The notes under the pieces were generated by a model. That model was not told the DNA's origin and searched no databases. It saw only the letters and a program-made list of their open reading frames with translations. Positions 1-9,139 of a stretch of 55,715 nucleotides of DNA are shown piece by piece; within the stretch, counting starts at the first letter, position 1, and every line of letters starts with the position of its first letter. The position numbers and the translations under genes were made by a program. Source of the DNA: Bacteroidales bacterium (lineage in GTDB: Bacteria > Bacteroidota > Bacteroidia > Bacteroidales > Muribaculaceae); NCBI GenBank assembly GCA_014800785.1, contig JAAVFK010000008.1, forward strand, positions 14,074 through 69,788. Reading direction: 5' to 3'.

Positions 1-1
1 T

Positions 2-448
2 ATTGAAAGGATAGGTTCTTACAATCCGAACACTAATCCTGCTACGATAAATTTGGACTTCGACCGTGCTCTTTATTGGGTAGAAGTGGGTGCGATTCCC
101 ACCGACACAGTTCGTTCACTTCTCTCGAAAGAGGGTGTGCTCATGATGAAGCATCTTCGTGGCGGCGTCAAGAAAGGCTCGTTCAACGAAGAAGAGGCAC
201 AGCGCCGTTTCGACGCCTGGAAAGCTGACCGCACCAAAGCGGTTGACGCTGTCAAGGCTGCGAAAGCCCAGAAGGCTGCCGAGGAAGCTAAGGCTCGCCT
301 CGACGCCGAAATCGAGAAGAACCGCCTGAAAGGTGAATCTGTAGCTAAGAAGAAAGCTGAGATCCTCGCCGCTCAGGAAGCTGCTGCAAAGGCTGCTCTC
401 GAAGCAGAAACAGCAGAGACAACTGCAGAAGAGGCTGCTGCCGAGTAA
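2..448 (+). CDS. rpsP: 30S ribosomal protein S16, 5' end cut off by the window edge
   Basis: The frame is open from base 2 (IERIGSYNPNTNPATINLDFDRALYWVEVGAIPTDTVRSLL...). An S16 core is followed by a Lys/Ala/Glu-rich tail. The listed ORF 53..448 merely starts at an internal TTG. Confidence 0.85.
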   Translation: MERIGSYNPNTNPATINLDFDRALYWVEVGAIPTDTVRSLLSKEGVLMMKHLRGGVKKGSFNEEEAQRRFDAWKADRTKAVDAVKAAKAQKAAEEAKARLDAEIEKNRLKGESVAKKKAEILAAQEAAAKAALEAETAETTAEEAAAE

Positions 449-552
449 TTCGACAGACGATCTCATGGTGATTGCCCGGCCGATCCGGGTCGGGTAGTCA
501 CTAAAAATCGCAAAAAGTTGTCCGAAAAGTTGCGCAGATCGAAAAAAATGCG

Positions 553-560
553 TAACTTTG
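553..560 (+). promoter_or_regulatory. Bacteroidota -7 promoter box TAACTTTG upstream of the tRNA-Glu pair
   Basis: Exact match to the TAnnTTTG consensus, about 60 nt upstream of the first tRNA-Glu. Confidence 0.45.
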
Positions 561-620
561 CAACGCAAAAAGGAAATCACGGTTCCCGGTGAACCACTGA
601 AAGAATCGTGATCCGCGTAT

Positions 621-692
621 GGTCTATTAGTGTAGCGGTTAGCACGCCACCCTCTCACGGTGGAAACTCGGGTTCGAGTCCCGGATAGACTA
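621..692 (+). tRNA. tRNA-Glu (anticodon CUC), copy 1
   Basis: Hand-folded cloverleaf: acceptor GGTCTAT/ATAGACT, D arm GTGT/GCAC, anticodon stem CCACC/GGTGG with loop CTCTCAC, T arm TCGGG-TTCGAGT-CCCGG. Confidence 0.85.
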
Positions 693-722
693 CTATTTTT
701 AAACTACCTCACATCCTGAATT

Positions 723-794
723 GGTCTATTAGTGTAGCGGTTAGCACGCCACCCTCTCACGGTGGAAACTCGGGTTCGAGTCCCGGATAGACTA
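723..794 (+). tRNA. tRNA-Glu (anticodon CUC), copy 2, identical to copy 1
   Basis: The 72-nt sequence is identical to 621..692, separated by a 30-nt spacer. Confidence 0.85.
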
Positions 795-1022
795 CCTTCT
801 TTCAGCTGCGGCTTCTGATTCGAGAGAATCGGAAGCCGTTTGCTATTTAGACCCCATCCTACAAAGAATGTTAAAGCCAGGGCGGTGTATTTTCGAGGGA
901 ATTCGTTTATCTCGGAGGGAGCAATGCGAGCATTTTTATCTATTAAGAACCGGCCATATATGCTGACGTCTCAGAAAGCCGTCAGCTTATATGGCCGGGA
1001 TATGGTTGGAGGAGTGTCTGAT

Positions 1023-2822
1023 TTATACGACTATGTGGAGGCCGTCGTAGGCCGGTTCTATGCCTTCCGGTAGTCGGTCGGCGATTTCTGCGTGCGTACC
1101 CGCTTCATGGCTGAAATGGGTGAGATAGCAACGTTCGGGATGAATCCGGTCAATGAGGGCAAGTGCCTCCTCAAAGTTGAGATGTGCGAAATGAGGACGC
1201 TTTCTGAGAGCATTCAGGATCAAGACCTTCACTCCCTCAAGTTTGTCAAGCTCTGTTTCGTCGATTGTCTTCACGTCTGTCAGATATGCGAAATCTCCAA
1301 TTCTGTAACCGGCTATCGGTAGTTTGCCATGCATCACCTCAATCGGAATGATCTTCACGCCGTCTATCTCAAAGGGATAGGTGCCGATCTCATGGAGGTC
1401 GAATCGTGGTACGCCGGGGTAGGGGTGTTCCTTGAATGCGTAGTCAAGTCGGCGGCGAAGAGCGGCGCAAACATCCGGACGGGCAAAAATGCGGACGTCG
1501 CCCTCTGTGCAAAATGGACGCAGGTCATCTATGCCACCGACATGATCATAGTGTTCATGGGTGAGGAGCAACGCATCGATATGATGGAGGTCGGCATCAA
1601 TCGCCTGCATACGTAGGTCCGGTGAAGCGTCGATCAACAAGGTCTTTCCGCCGGCTTTGACAAGCACCGATGCACGGCGACGCTTGTCATGGCTGTCGCC
1701 TGAGCGGCACACATGACAGTCACAGCCGATTTCGGGAACTCCCTTGGAAGTGCCTGAACCGAGAACCGTCACTTCAACCCGCGTCGAGATATAATTGACC
1801 TCCGGTGAAATCCATACTCCGAATTTCTCACGAACGGTTTCTCGTACATGATCTACAAGTCTGACCACATCTTCGGCGGTGGCGTGGTCTCGGTTAACAA
1901 TCACAAGACATTGTTTCGGGTAGACCTCAGCGCCCCCGATACGATATCCTTTGAGGCCGGCATGTTCGATCAGCCATCCGGCGGGTATCTTCACTCGGTC
2001 GGGCTCGTGATCATCCTTTTTCGCGAGGTTATAGCACGGAACATCAGGATTGCGACGCAGTATCTCCTCCTCGTAATATGACTTGAAGACTACCGGATTC
2101 TTGAAGAAACTCCCTGCGCTTCCGAGTTCTTTCGGATCGGGAAGTTTGGCTGCACGTACTTCCTCGACCTCCTTTAATACCTCACTGATAGAGGGTGTGT
2201 GGCCGAGTCTTTCGGCAAAATCTTTTAGGGAGCCGTATGTGAGATTCGTGGCACGTGTGCTGTCCGACAGTCTGAAAGCTACTCGCAGAACGAAATATCG
2301 TCCTTTCCAGTCATGCTTGAATCGTGAGTCGCGGTATCCGAACTCGCAGTCTTTGTTCATGAAGGTCACTACCTCTCGCTTCTCGCAGTCGAAACACTCC
2401 ACGCTGAAGATAGTGTCTTTGGCTTCAGCTCCGTAGGCTCCTATATTCTGGACCGCAGAGGCGCCAACTTGCCCCGGGATAGCGGCCAGGTTTTCGAGAC
2501 CGCCAAGTCCGTTCTCGACTGTCCAGCGAACGAATTCCGGCCAATCTTCGCCGGCTCCTGCTATGACAGTCACCGCACCGGTGTCGTTGTTGCGGTAGAT
2601 TGTCTTGCCCGTCACACGTGATCTGAGTACGAGACCATCGTATTTCCCGGTGAAAAGGAGGTTGCTGCCGCCTCCTATATGGAGCACAGGGTTGTTCAGA
2701 AACTCCGGCTGACGGGAGATCCAGGTCAGCTGTCTGATATTTTCGTACTCAGCGTAGACGGAACATTCTGCGTGTATTCCGAAAGTCGTGAGTGGGGTGA
2801 GGTCTTTGTCGAATTCAAACAT
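1023..2822 (-). CDS. murB: UDP-N-acetylenolpyruvoylglucosamine reductase (MurB) fused in frame to an MBL-fold metallo-hydrolase
   Basis: The N-terminal ~350 aa are MurB-like (FGIHAECSVYAEY...HIGGGSNLLF...GWLIEHAGLKG...PEVNYI). They continue without a stop into VTVLGSGTSKGVPEIGCDCHVC...LLLTHEHYDHVGGIDDL (HxHxDH metallo-beta-lactamase motif). The ATG at 2822 (MFEFDKD) is preferred over the TTG at 2885. Confidence 0.75.
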   Translation of the reverse strand: MFEFDKDLTPLTTFGIHAECSVYAEYENIRQLTWISRQPEFLNNPVLHIGGGSNLLFTGKYDGLVLRSRVTGKTIYRNNDTGAVTVIAGAGEDWPEFVRWTVENGLGGLENLAAIPGQVGASAVQNIGAYGAEAKDTIFSVECFDCEKREVVTFMNKDCEFGYRDSRFKHDWKGRYFVLRVAFRLSDSTRATNLTYGSLKDFAERLGHTPSISEVLKEVEEVRAAKLPDPKELGSAGSFFKNPVVFKSYYEEEILRRNPDVPCYNLAKKDDHEPDRVKIPAGWLIEHAGLKGYRIGGAEVYPKQCLVIVNRDHATAEDVVRLVDHVRETVREKFGVWISPEVNYISTRVEVTVLGSGTSKGVPEIGCDCHVCRSGDSHDKRRRASVLVKAGGKTLLIDASPDLRMQAIDADLHHIDALLLTHEHYDHVGGIDDLRPFCTEGDVRIFARPDVCAALRRRLDYAFKEHPYPGVPRFDLHEIGTYPFEIDGVKIIPIEVMHGKLPIAGYRIGDFAYLTDVKTIDETELDKLEGVKVLILNALRKRPHFAHLNFEEALALIDRIHPERCYLTHFSHEAGTHAEIADRLPEGIEPAYDGLHIVV

Positions 2823-2881
2823 ACGCTTTGAAAAGGGGATTGGTTTGATGTGCCCGTGTCCGAGCGTCGGAGATTGATGTG

Positions 2882-3832
2882 TCAACGTCGGAAATCGACG
2901 AGAAGTCCGTCTGCGAAACGGAGATAGACGCCGTCCGAGTACTGCCAGACATCCAGGGTCTCGCTGTGGGTGTGTCCGGCTGCGACATCAGTGGGATTGC
3001 CGAGTGAGAGACGACATTCGAGCTTGGTCATTCCCTTGGTGATGTCGCCGTTCTGGATAAGTCGCCAATGTTCGTCTGATATATCCGGATAATCCTTGCG
3101 CCTGTCGGTCAATGAGAACAGCACCGGGAATCGTCGGCTGTCTGAGGTTGAAGAGGTGTAGTTCATCCACATCATGGCCTCGGCTCCATTCTCGTCGGTG
3201 AAGAAAACCTTGATGGGGAACAGTTGAGAACCCGGGGAGATGGCGGTCACCGTGACGGGAGCGAATTTGCGCCCGTTTATTTTTTCACCATCCGCGTCAT
3301 ACCATAATTGCGAGCGCGTCCAGAGCTCGCGACCCTTCATGCGCGAATTCACTTCACTGACCGTCTGAAGGTCGATGAGCATGGGAAGTTTTGTGCTGAC
3401 CATAGCCGTGTCGGCCTTGGCCGGATCCATTCCGGTAGGGAACCTGTAGGTCCTGATGCTGTCTGAAAGCAGGATCAGACATTCTTCGGAGCGGTCGGGA
3501 CGCAGGCGAGTGTCGACGCCGACGAAACTGAGATGGCGTCCGACCAGCGACGTGTCCTCAGGAGACATGAGACCATCGGATTCGAGTATCAGTGCTATGC
3601 GGGGATCGGCTATGAGATATGGATCGCCAGGTTGCCAATCCTTGAGCGGATGTCCTTCAAGATCTTTGAGGAATATCTCTTCGGGAGAGAGCGTAAGCTG
3701 GCGTTTATCCTGACGTGTGAGTTCTATCTTTTTCGTGTTCTCGATTCCGGTGAAACATGAGGTCATAGCCGTCGACATTAATGCGGAGGCTACGATAAAT
3801 GAAGAGAATCTTATGACACGATAGATATTCAT
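2882..3832 (-). CDS. putative lipoprotein, function unknown
   Basis: ATG start and an N-terminal signal peptide ending in a lipobox-like MTSC. The ORF is long with no competing frame. Confidence 0.6.
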   Translation of the reverse strand: MNIYRVIRFSSFIVASALMSTAMTSCFTGIENTKKIELTRQDKRQLTLSPEEIFLKDLEGHPLKDWQPGDPYLIADPRIALILESDGLMSPEDTSLVGRHLSFVGVDTRLRPDRSEECLILLSDSIRTYRFPTGMDPAKADTAMVSTKLPMLIDLQTVSEVNSRMKGRELWTRSQLWYDADGEKINGRKFAPVTVTAISPGSQLFPIKVFFTDENGAEAMMWMNYTSSTSDSRRFPVLFSLTDRRKDYPDISDEHWRLIQNGDITKGMTKLECRLSLGNPTDVAAGHTHSETLDVWQYSDGVYLRFADGLLVDFRR

Positions 3833-3839
3833 GGTGATG

Positions 3840-4484
3840 TTATGTTTGCTGCGGTCTGAAGAACATGGCGTTCTCTTCCGGCACCCATTTGATCATTCCG
3901 CGTCTGTGTCGTTCGTCAAGGTGATCCTTGAGAGTGTCGAGAGGTATTGACAGAATCTCGCTTAGTCTTTGAAGTTTCACGTCGACGCGTATCGGTGAGT
4001 TCCCACCATAGGTGGTGCTGAGACTGTTGATCCAGAGGTCAAATCCGTTATCGCCGGAGATTACCGGCGGGTAGGATGCTGCTCTTCCAAGAGAATTGAT
4101 CAGATTTATCAAGATAATCGGCTCGGCTTCATACAGGTGGCGGAACTGTGCCTTATCTATCGAGACGACTTCCGCGCGATCAACCGCGCGGGCGGTGAGA
4201 CCGTGGCTCTGCGAAAGGCCATACATGGCCGGGAGATCGATGGGTTGGCCTTCCGGTACTTTCCAGGACACACGCACACCGTCATACGGTTCGCGTTCGA
4301 TCACCACATGTCCGTTCAGAAGCAGGAACAGATTGTGGGCCTTCATGCCCGGATATAGAAGCCGGGCTCCCTTGTCGTAAACCCTGAACTCAAGACGTAC
4401 CTTTTCTATGAGAGGTATCAGTCTGTCAGGGCTGACGCCGAGGAATGGAGTGAGGGAGCGTATGTAATCCTGTATTCGGGTCAT
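3840..4484 (-). CDS. Crp/Fnr-family-like transcriptional regulator
   Basis: A cNMP-binding-type beta-roll region (LFLLLNGHVVIERE...ARAVDRAEVVSIDKAQF) is followed by a C-terminal HTH-like segment (LQRLSEILSIPLDTLKDHL). Confidence 0.55.
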   Translation of the reverse strand: MTRIQDYIRSLTPFLGVSPDRLIPLIEKVRLEFRVYDKGARLLYPGMKAHNLFLLLNGHVVIEREPYDGVRVSWKVPEGQPIDLPAMYGLSQSHGLTARAVDRAEVVSIDKAQFRHLYEAEPIILINLINSLGRAASYPPVISGDNGFDLWINSLSTTYGGNSPIRVDVKLQRLSEILSIPLDTLKDHLDERHRRGMIKWVPEENAMFFRPQQT

Positions 4485-4614
4485 ATTGAGATTAGAAGGT
4501 CTTCAGAGTTTGGAGAGTCCGTTTTCCGATCCATTCAAAATGGGGGACAAGGGGGGATTGGAAAGAGAAAAGCGTCCGGTGAATAGTTACTTCACAGGGC
4601 GCTTGGACTTGCAG

Positions 4615-4688
4615 TAGCGGGATCGAGAATTGAACTCGAGACCTCCGGGTTATGAATCCGACGCTCTAACCAACTGAGCTATCCCGCC
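4615..4688 (-). tRNA. tRNA with CAU anticodon (elongator Met; lysidine-type Ile2 not excluded)
   Basis: The reverse complement GGCGGGATAGCTCAGTTGGTTAGAGCGTCGGATTCATAACCCGGAGGTCTCGAGTTCAATTCTCGATCCCGCTA folds as a 74-nt cloverleaf with loop TTCATAA. Confidence 0.8.
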
Positions 4689-4732
4689 AAATCAGCATCA
4701 CTTTGGAAGTGCTTTCCTCCGTTTTGCGAGTG

Positions 4733-4740
4733 CAAAGTTA
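4733..4740 (-). promoter_or_regulatory. -7 box TAACTTTG for tRNA-Met
   Basis: The reverse complement of CAAAGTTA matches TAnnTTTG. It lies inside a 21-nt block also found upstream of tRNA-Cys (54660..54680). Confidence 0.45.
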
Positions 4741-4865
4741 GAACATTTTCGCGACATGTGCAAACTTTTTTGAAAAAATATTTGAGAAGTATGAGTGATG
4801 GAGTGCTTAACCCTTTATTCGATAATTGATTGGATAAAAGTTTTTGTCGGTCTGAAAATTTTAGT

Positions 4866-4873
4866 TATCTTTG
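4866..4873 (+). promoter_or_regulatory. -7 box TATCTTTG for the nucleoside transporter gene
   Basis: TAnnTTTG match about 90 nt upstream of the ATG at 4965. Confidence 0.4.
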
Positions 4874-4964
4874 CAGAAACATATCTAACACAGCGCCTGG
4901 GACTACTTGGGTTTGTCATTGAGACAGCGCTCGATTCAGTCTCTGCCCTTACCTTTAAATCGTA

Positions 4965-6350
4965 ATGTCATCATCTACTCTTGGCCTGAAAAGCCGTCTG
5001 GCCGTCCTCAACTTCATCGAGTTTGCTGTCTGGGGTGCATATCTGACTTCCCTCGGCAATTATCTCGGTCGCATCGGCATGTCTTCCGATATATCGTGGT
5101 TCTATGCCATTCAGGGCATCGTTTCCATATTTATGCCCGGAATTATAGGAATTGTCGCCGACCGGTATATTCAGGCCCAGAGAGTACTGAGTATATGTCA
5201 TCTGCTGGCTGGAATGTTTATGATCGGCGCGGCAATCTATTGTATGTCGGCCGATAATAACGTGGAATTCGGTCCGCTGTTTACCTTATACAGCCTATCG
5301 GTTGCGTTCTATATGCCTACTATCGGTCTGGCCAATTCTGTCGCCTATAGTGCTCTTGGGCGATATAATCTCGATCCTGTGAAGCATTTTCCTCCGATCC
5401 GTGTGTTCGGAACAATCGGCTTCATCTGCGCTATGTTGTTTGTAAACTTCGTGGGCCCCGAAGGCCATAAGTTCCAGACATCATATATGCAACTCTATGT
5501 CTCCGGTATACTGAGCTTCCTCATGTGTATCTATGCACTGACGATGCCTAAATGTCCGGTCAATAAGGGATCCGGCAAAGCCTCGATATCCGATGCTCTC
5601 GGTCTGAAAGCCTTCGCGCTGTTCAAGGACCACACGATGGCTATCTTTTTCCTCTTCTCAATGCTTCTCGGTGTTTCGCTTCAGATTACGAACGGTTACG
5701 GCAATCTATTCATCTCAAGTTTCCAAAGCGTGGCGGAATATGCCGATTCCTGGGGTGCTAAAAATGCGAATGCACTCATTTCTCTCTCGCAGATGAGCGA
5801 AACCTGTTGCATACTTCTGATTCCCTACTGCCTCAAGCGTTTCGGCATCAAGGGTGTCATGCTCATGGCTATGATCGCCTGGGTAGGTCGTTTCGGTTTC
5901 TTCGGTATCGGAAATCCCGGTTCGGGAGTATGGCTGTTCGTCCTTTCGATGATCGTTTACGGTATCGCCTTCGACTTCTTCAATGTTTCAGGTTCGCTCT
6001 ATGTCGACCAGAAGACCGATGTTTCGATCCGTTCGAGCGCACAGGGCCTCTTTATGATTATGACCAATGGCCTCGGAGCAACATTCGGCACACTTGCTGC
6101 AGGCAAGGTTCTCGATGTGGTGGTCTTTTCGAAGCCTGAGGGCATTGAGCAGATTGAAGGCTGGCACAAGGCGTGGCTTATTTTCGCTGCCTATGCCGCA
6201 GTCGTTGCCATACTGTTCGCCTTGATTTTCCATGACAAGAAGAAAGCACCCGAAGTGACCAAGCGCGAAATCGCTGATGAAAGCGGTGCGGATCCTGCCG
6301 GATTCGATATTGTCAATGGTGAAGTAGGTGCTAACACCAACGACCTTTGA
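4965..6350 (+). CDS. MFS nucleoside:H+ symporter family transporter (NupG/XapB-like)
   Basis: The N-terminus LKSRLAVLNFIEFAVWGAYLTSLGNYL is typical of the Nuc_H_symport family. About 12 hydrophobic segments are present. Confidence 0.8.
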   Translation: MSSSTLGLKSRLAVLNFIEFAVWGAYLTSLGNYLGRIGMSSDISWFYAIQGIVSIFMPGIIGIVADRYIQAQRVLSICHLLAGMFMIGAAIYCMSADNNVEFGPLFTLYSLSVAFYMPTIGLANSVAYSALGRYNLDPVKHFPPIRVFGTIGFICAMLFVNFVGPEGHKFQTSYMQLYVSGILSFLMCIYALTMPKCPVNKGSGKASISDALGLKAFALFKDHTMAIFFLFSMLLGVSLQITNGYGNLFISSFQSVAEYADSWGAKNANALISLSQMSETCCILLIPYCLKRFGIKGVMLMAMIAWVGRFGFFGIGNPGSGVWLFVLSMIVYGIAFDFFNVSGSLYVDQKTDVSIRSSAQGLFMIMTNGLGATFGTLAAGKVLDVVVFSKPEGIEQIEGWHKAWLIFAAYAAVVAILFALIFHDKKKAPEVTKREIADESGADPAGFDIVNGEVGANTNDL

Positions 6351-6457
6351 TCAGATCGGGAGACAAGTTCCCCGAAACATTCCTCAAGAGTGTGTTTAAT
6401 CTGGTTTAAAAGTAAACACTCTCTCTTAGGGTCAATTAAAAAGTGGATTAACATCAG

Positions 6458-7216
6458 ATGATACAGTTCTACGCTCCGGACATCGAAACGACATTGACTC
6501 TGCCACCCGCCGAGTCTGCCCATTGTGTGAAGGTGCTTCGCAAAAAGGCAGGTGATGAAATTGTGGTGACAGATGGTCGCGGGCGGCGTTTTGCCTGCCG
6601 TCTGACATTACCCGATCCGCGAGGGGCGATGGTTGAGATTCTCAAAATCGAGGAGATCCCCTCTCATTGGGGTGTGAAGATTGTACTTGCCGTCGCTCCG
6701 TCCAAGAATATGGACCGCATGGAATGGTTCGTTGAGAAAGCGGTAGAGATAGGAGTAGATAAAATCATCATGCTGAAATGTGAGCGTAGTGAACGTAAGG
6801 TCGTGAAGATCGAACGTCTTCAGAAAATCGCTCTGTCGGCCATGAATCAGAGTCTGAAGACCGTGGTTCCGGAAATTGTGGAGATGACCGACATCCGCGA
6901 TCTGATACGAGCTCAGTTTGACGGCGAAAAGTTCTTCGGTTACTGCAGTGACGAAGTGAAACGCCGCGAGTTGATAGGGGAGTACCGCCCCGGCTCGAAC
7001 GTACTCATCATGATCGGACCCGAGGGAGACTTCTCTCCGCGTGAGGTTGGAGAGGCTATCGCTTCCGGTTTCTTGCCCGTCACTTTCGGCGAGAGCCGTC
7101 TGCGAACCGAAACCGCCGCCCTCTATGCCGTTCAGTCAATTCACATTCTGAATTCTATCGCCTCGATGAGAGAAGGACTGTGTCCCTCAAAGAGTACCGA
7201 ATCCAATAATGATTAA
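6458..7216 (+). CDS. rsmE: 16S rRNA (uracil1498-N3)-methyltransferase
   Basis: MIQFYAPDIE...AHCVKVLRKKAGDEIVVTDGRG...IGPEGDFSPREV follows the RsmE N-terminal PUA-like plus SPOUT pattern. Confidence 0.85.
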   Translation: MIQFYAPDIETTLTLPPAESAHCVKVLRKKAGDEIVVTDGRGRRFACRLTLPDPRGAMVEILKIEEIPSHWGVKIVLAVAPSKNMDRMEWFVEKAVEIGVDKIIMLKCERSERKVVKIERLQKIALSAMNQSLKTVVPEIVEMTDIRDLIRAQFDGEKFFGYCSDEVKRRELIGEYRPGSNVLIMIGPEGDFSPREVGEAIASGFLPVTFGESRLRTETAALYAVQSIHILNSIASMREGLCPSKSTESNND

Positions 7217-7220
7217 GTAA

Positions 7221-8744
7221 ATGAAAATGAAATATCGCACATTCGCCTCACTCCTCATCGCAGGCGCCTCGGTGCTCGCTTCCGCCCAGCAGATTTCTCC
7301 GCTGGCAAAGGCAATGCTGGACGGATATTCCGAGATTCTTTCTCAGAATCCTCAGGACTACCAGACCCTCTATGAGAGAGCCGCCCAGTATTACTCGCTC
7401 TCTATCTATGATCAGGCTCTGATAGATATCTCCAAGGCTATCCAGTACACTCCCGCTAAGGAAACGGCACTGCTGGCTCAGGAATATTCGCTTCTTGCCG
7501 ATATCAAGATGCAGGAAGGGGAATATGAAAAAGCTCTCGATGCTGTCAACAAAGCGCTCGGCTATGCTCCCGATGCGTATGCCGATATATATAAGAAAGG
7601 TAATATCTGTCTTTATTTGAAGCAGCCCGAAGATGCTTACCGTGCGTTCTCTCAGCTTCAACGGTTCAAGAGCCGTAGTCAGGAAGCCTACTTCGGAATG
7701 GCTAAGGCGCGTATCATGCAGGGCAATGTCAAGGAGGCCCAGGCACTGATGGAAGAGGCCGAAAAGTCTGATCCGAGCAACTGGCTGACCTATTGCCGTC
7801 TCGGTGATCTGTGTCGCGATATGAATGACAATACAGGCGCTGCAAGATCCTATATCTCGGCTTTCGCACTCGCCGATAATTCCTCGCGTCCTCTCGAGTC
7901 TCTCCTGTCGCTCGGTGCCGAAGACTATCCCTCTGTTGCCGCTGCTTTTGATAATGCACTGGGTCAGACGGACAATAAGCTCCCCCTGTATTTCCTCAAA
8001 GCCAATATAGCTAACCGTGCCGGTGCATATTCGGATGCGGAGGCAGCTTTTGAGCGGGTGCTCGCCAATCCCGATGGCAAACAGCCCGGTGTGTGGGCTG
8101 CCTATGCTGAAGCCCTTTTTGCTCTCGATAAGATAGATGAGGCTCTTAAAGCGGCTGAGAATGCAGTCTCCGGAGCACCGACAGTATCAAACTATGCCCT
8201 TCTGTCACGATGCCTGCTCGCTTCCGGCGATACAAATCAGGCTGCACTCGTCGCACTCAAGGCCTACGCGGCCGATGAACATTCCCCCGAAGCAATGACT
8301 GCGCTTGTCGAGGCTCAGCTGGCAGGCGGTAATCACAAGGAGGCTCTTACTATTCTCAACGAGATGATCGTCTCAAATCCCGAGAATGTAGAGGCCGTCG
8401 CGATGCGTGCATATGTAAAGGATCTCCTCGGAGATCTTCAGGGTGCTAAGTCCGACTGGCAACGCGGTTCGAACCTGATACCGTCAACCCCTGAAGATAC
8501 GGTTTGGGTAGCTCTGTGCAAGAACCGCACCGGCAAGACTCTTGATGCTGACGCCGTTCTGGAGCCGGTTGCTGAAAATGCCGACAAGAATACCGCCTAC
8601 CTACTTGCCTCTTACTACGCCACCATAGGCAATACAGAGAAAGGAAAGCAGTGGCTTCAGAAAGCAATAGAAGCGGGTTATGCAAATCTGTACAACCTCA
8701 ATCACAACACCACGTCTCTTCTGAACGTCTCCACGCTCCGCTGA
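7221..8744 (+). CDS. secreted tetratricopeptide-repeat protein
   Basis: Signal peptide (ASLLIAGASVLASAQQ) followed by repeated Ala/Tyr/Leu-rich TPR-like 34-aa periodicity. Confidence 0.7.
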   Translation: MKMKYRTFASLLIAGASVLASAQQISPLAKAMLDGYSEILSQNPQDYQTLYERAAQYYSLSIYDQALIDISKAIQYTPAKETALLAQEYSLLADIKMQEGEYEKALDAVNKALGYAPDAYADIYKKGNICLYLKQPEDAYRAFSQLQRFKSRSQEAYFGMAKARIMQGNVKEAQALMEEAEKSDPSNWLTYCRLGDLCRDMNDNTGAARSYISAFALADNSSRPLESLLSLGAEDYPSVAAAFDNALGQTDNKLPLYFLKANIANRAGAYSDAEAAFERVLANPDGKQPGVWAAYAEALFALDKIDEALKAAENAVSGAPTVSNYALLSRCLLASGDTNQAALVALKAYAADEHSPEAMTALVEAQLAGGNHKEALTILNEMIVSNPENVEAVAMRAYVKDLLGDLQGAKSDWQRGSNLIPSTPEDTVWVALCKNRTGKTLDADAVLEPVAENADKNTAYLLASYYATIGNTEKGKQWLQKAIEAGYANLYNLNHNTTSLLNVSTLR

Positions 8745-8874
8745 TCACGGCAGTCGTCCGAGCGTCTCCACACTCCGCTGATCACTGCAGCCGTCCGAAC
8801 GTCTCGTCGCTTCGCTGATCACTGCAGTCGTCCGAACGTCTCGTCGCTTCGCTGATCACGGCTGTTGTCCGAAC
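8727..8874. repeat. four tandem 37-bp repeats starting inside the last codons of the TPR gene
   Basis: Units lie at 8727-8763, 8764-8800, 8801-8837 and 8838-8874 (GTCTCCACGCTCCGCTGATCACGGCAGTCGTCCGAGC and variants). Each copy repeats the CTCCGC-TGA stop context. Confidence 0.9.
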
Positions 8875-9089
8875 GATAGGCAACTCTTATCGACTATTTT
8901 CTCCAAGCAAATAAACAAATATCAATCGTAGGCATATCGCTCATGATAAGAATCGCCGGGGTTTAACGAACCTCGGCGATTCCATTTCTTGGGATCGCCG
9001 AGTTCTTGGGAGCGACGCCTGTAAGGGGGAGGCTATGGTCAAAATGACAATCTGACAATCTGACAAATTAGAATCCCTACAAACGGAAA

Positions 9090-9117
9090 GTGGGCCATGT
9101 CGTCTGACATGGCCCAC
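9090..9117 (-). terminator. intrinsic terminator downstream of the M23 peptidase gene
   Basis: 12-bp stem GTGGGCCATGTC/GACATGGCCCAC, followed on the - strand by a T-rich tract. Confidence 0.6.
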
Positions 9118-9139
9118 AGGTATATTGAGATGGTCGTGG

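Noticed and set aside
116-658. 180-aa - strand ORF overlapping rpsP and the first tRNA-Glu.
   Set aside because: It is antisense to a highly conserved ribosomal protein gene and runs into a tRNA. The composition is Ser/Phe/Leu/Cys-rich.
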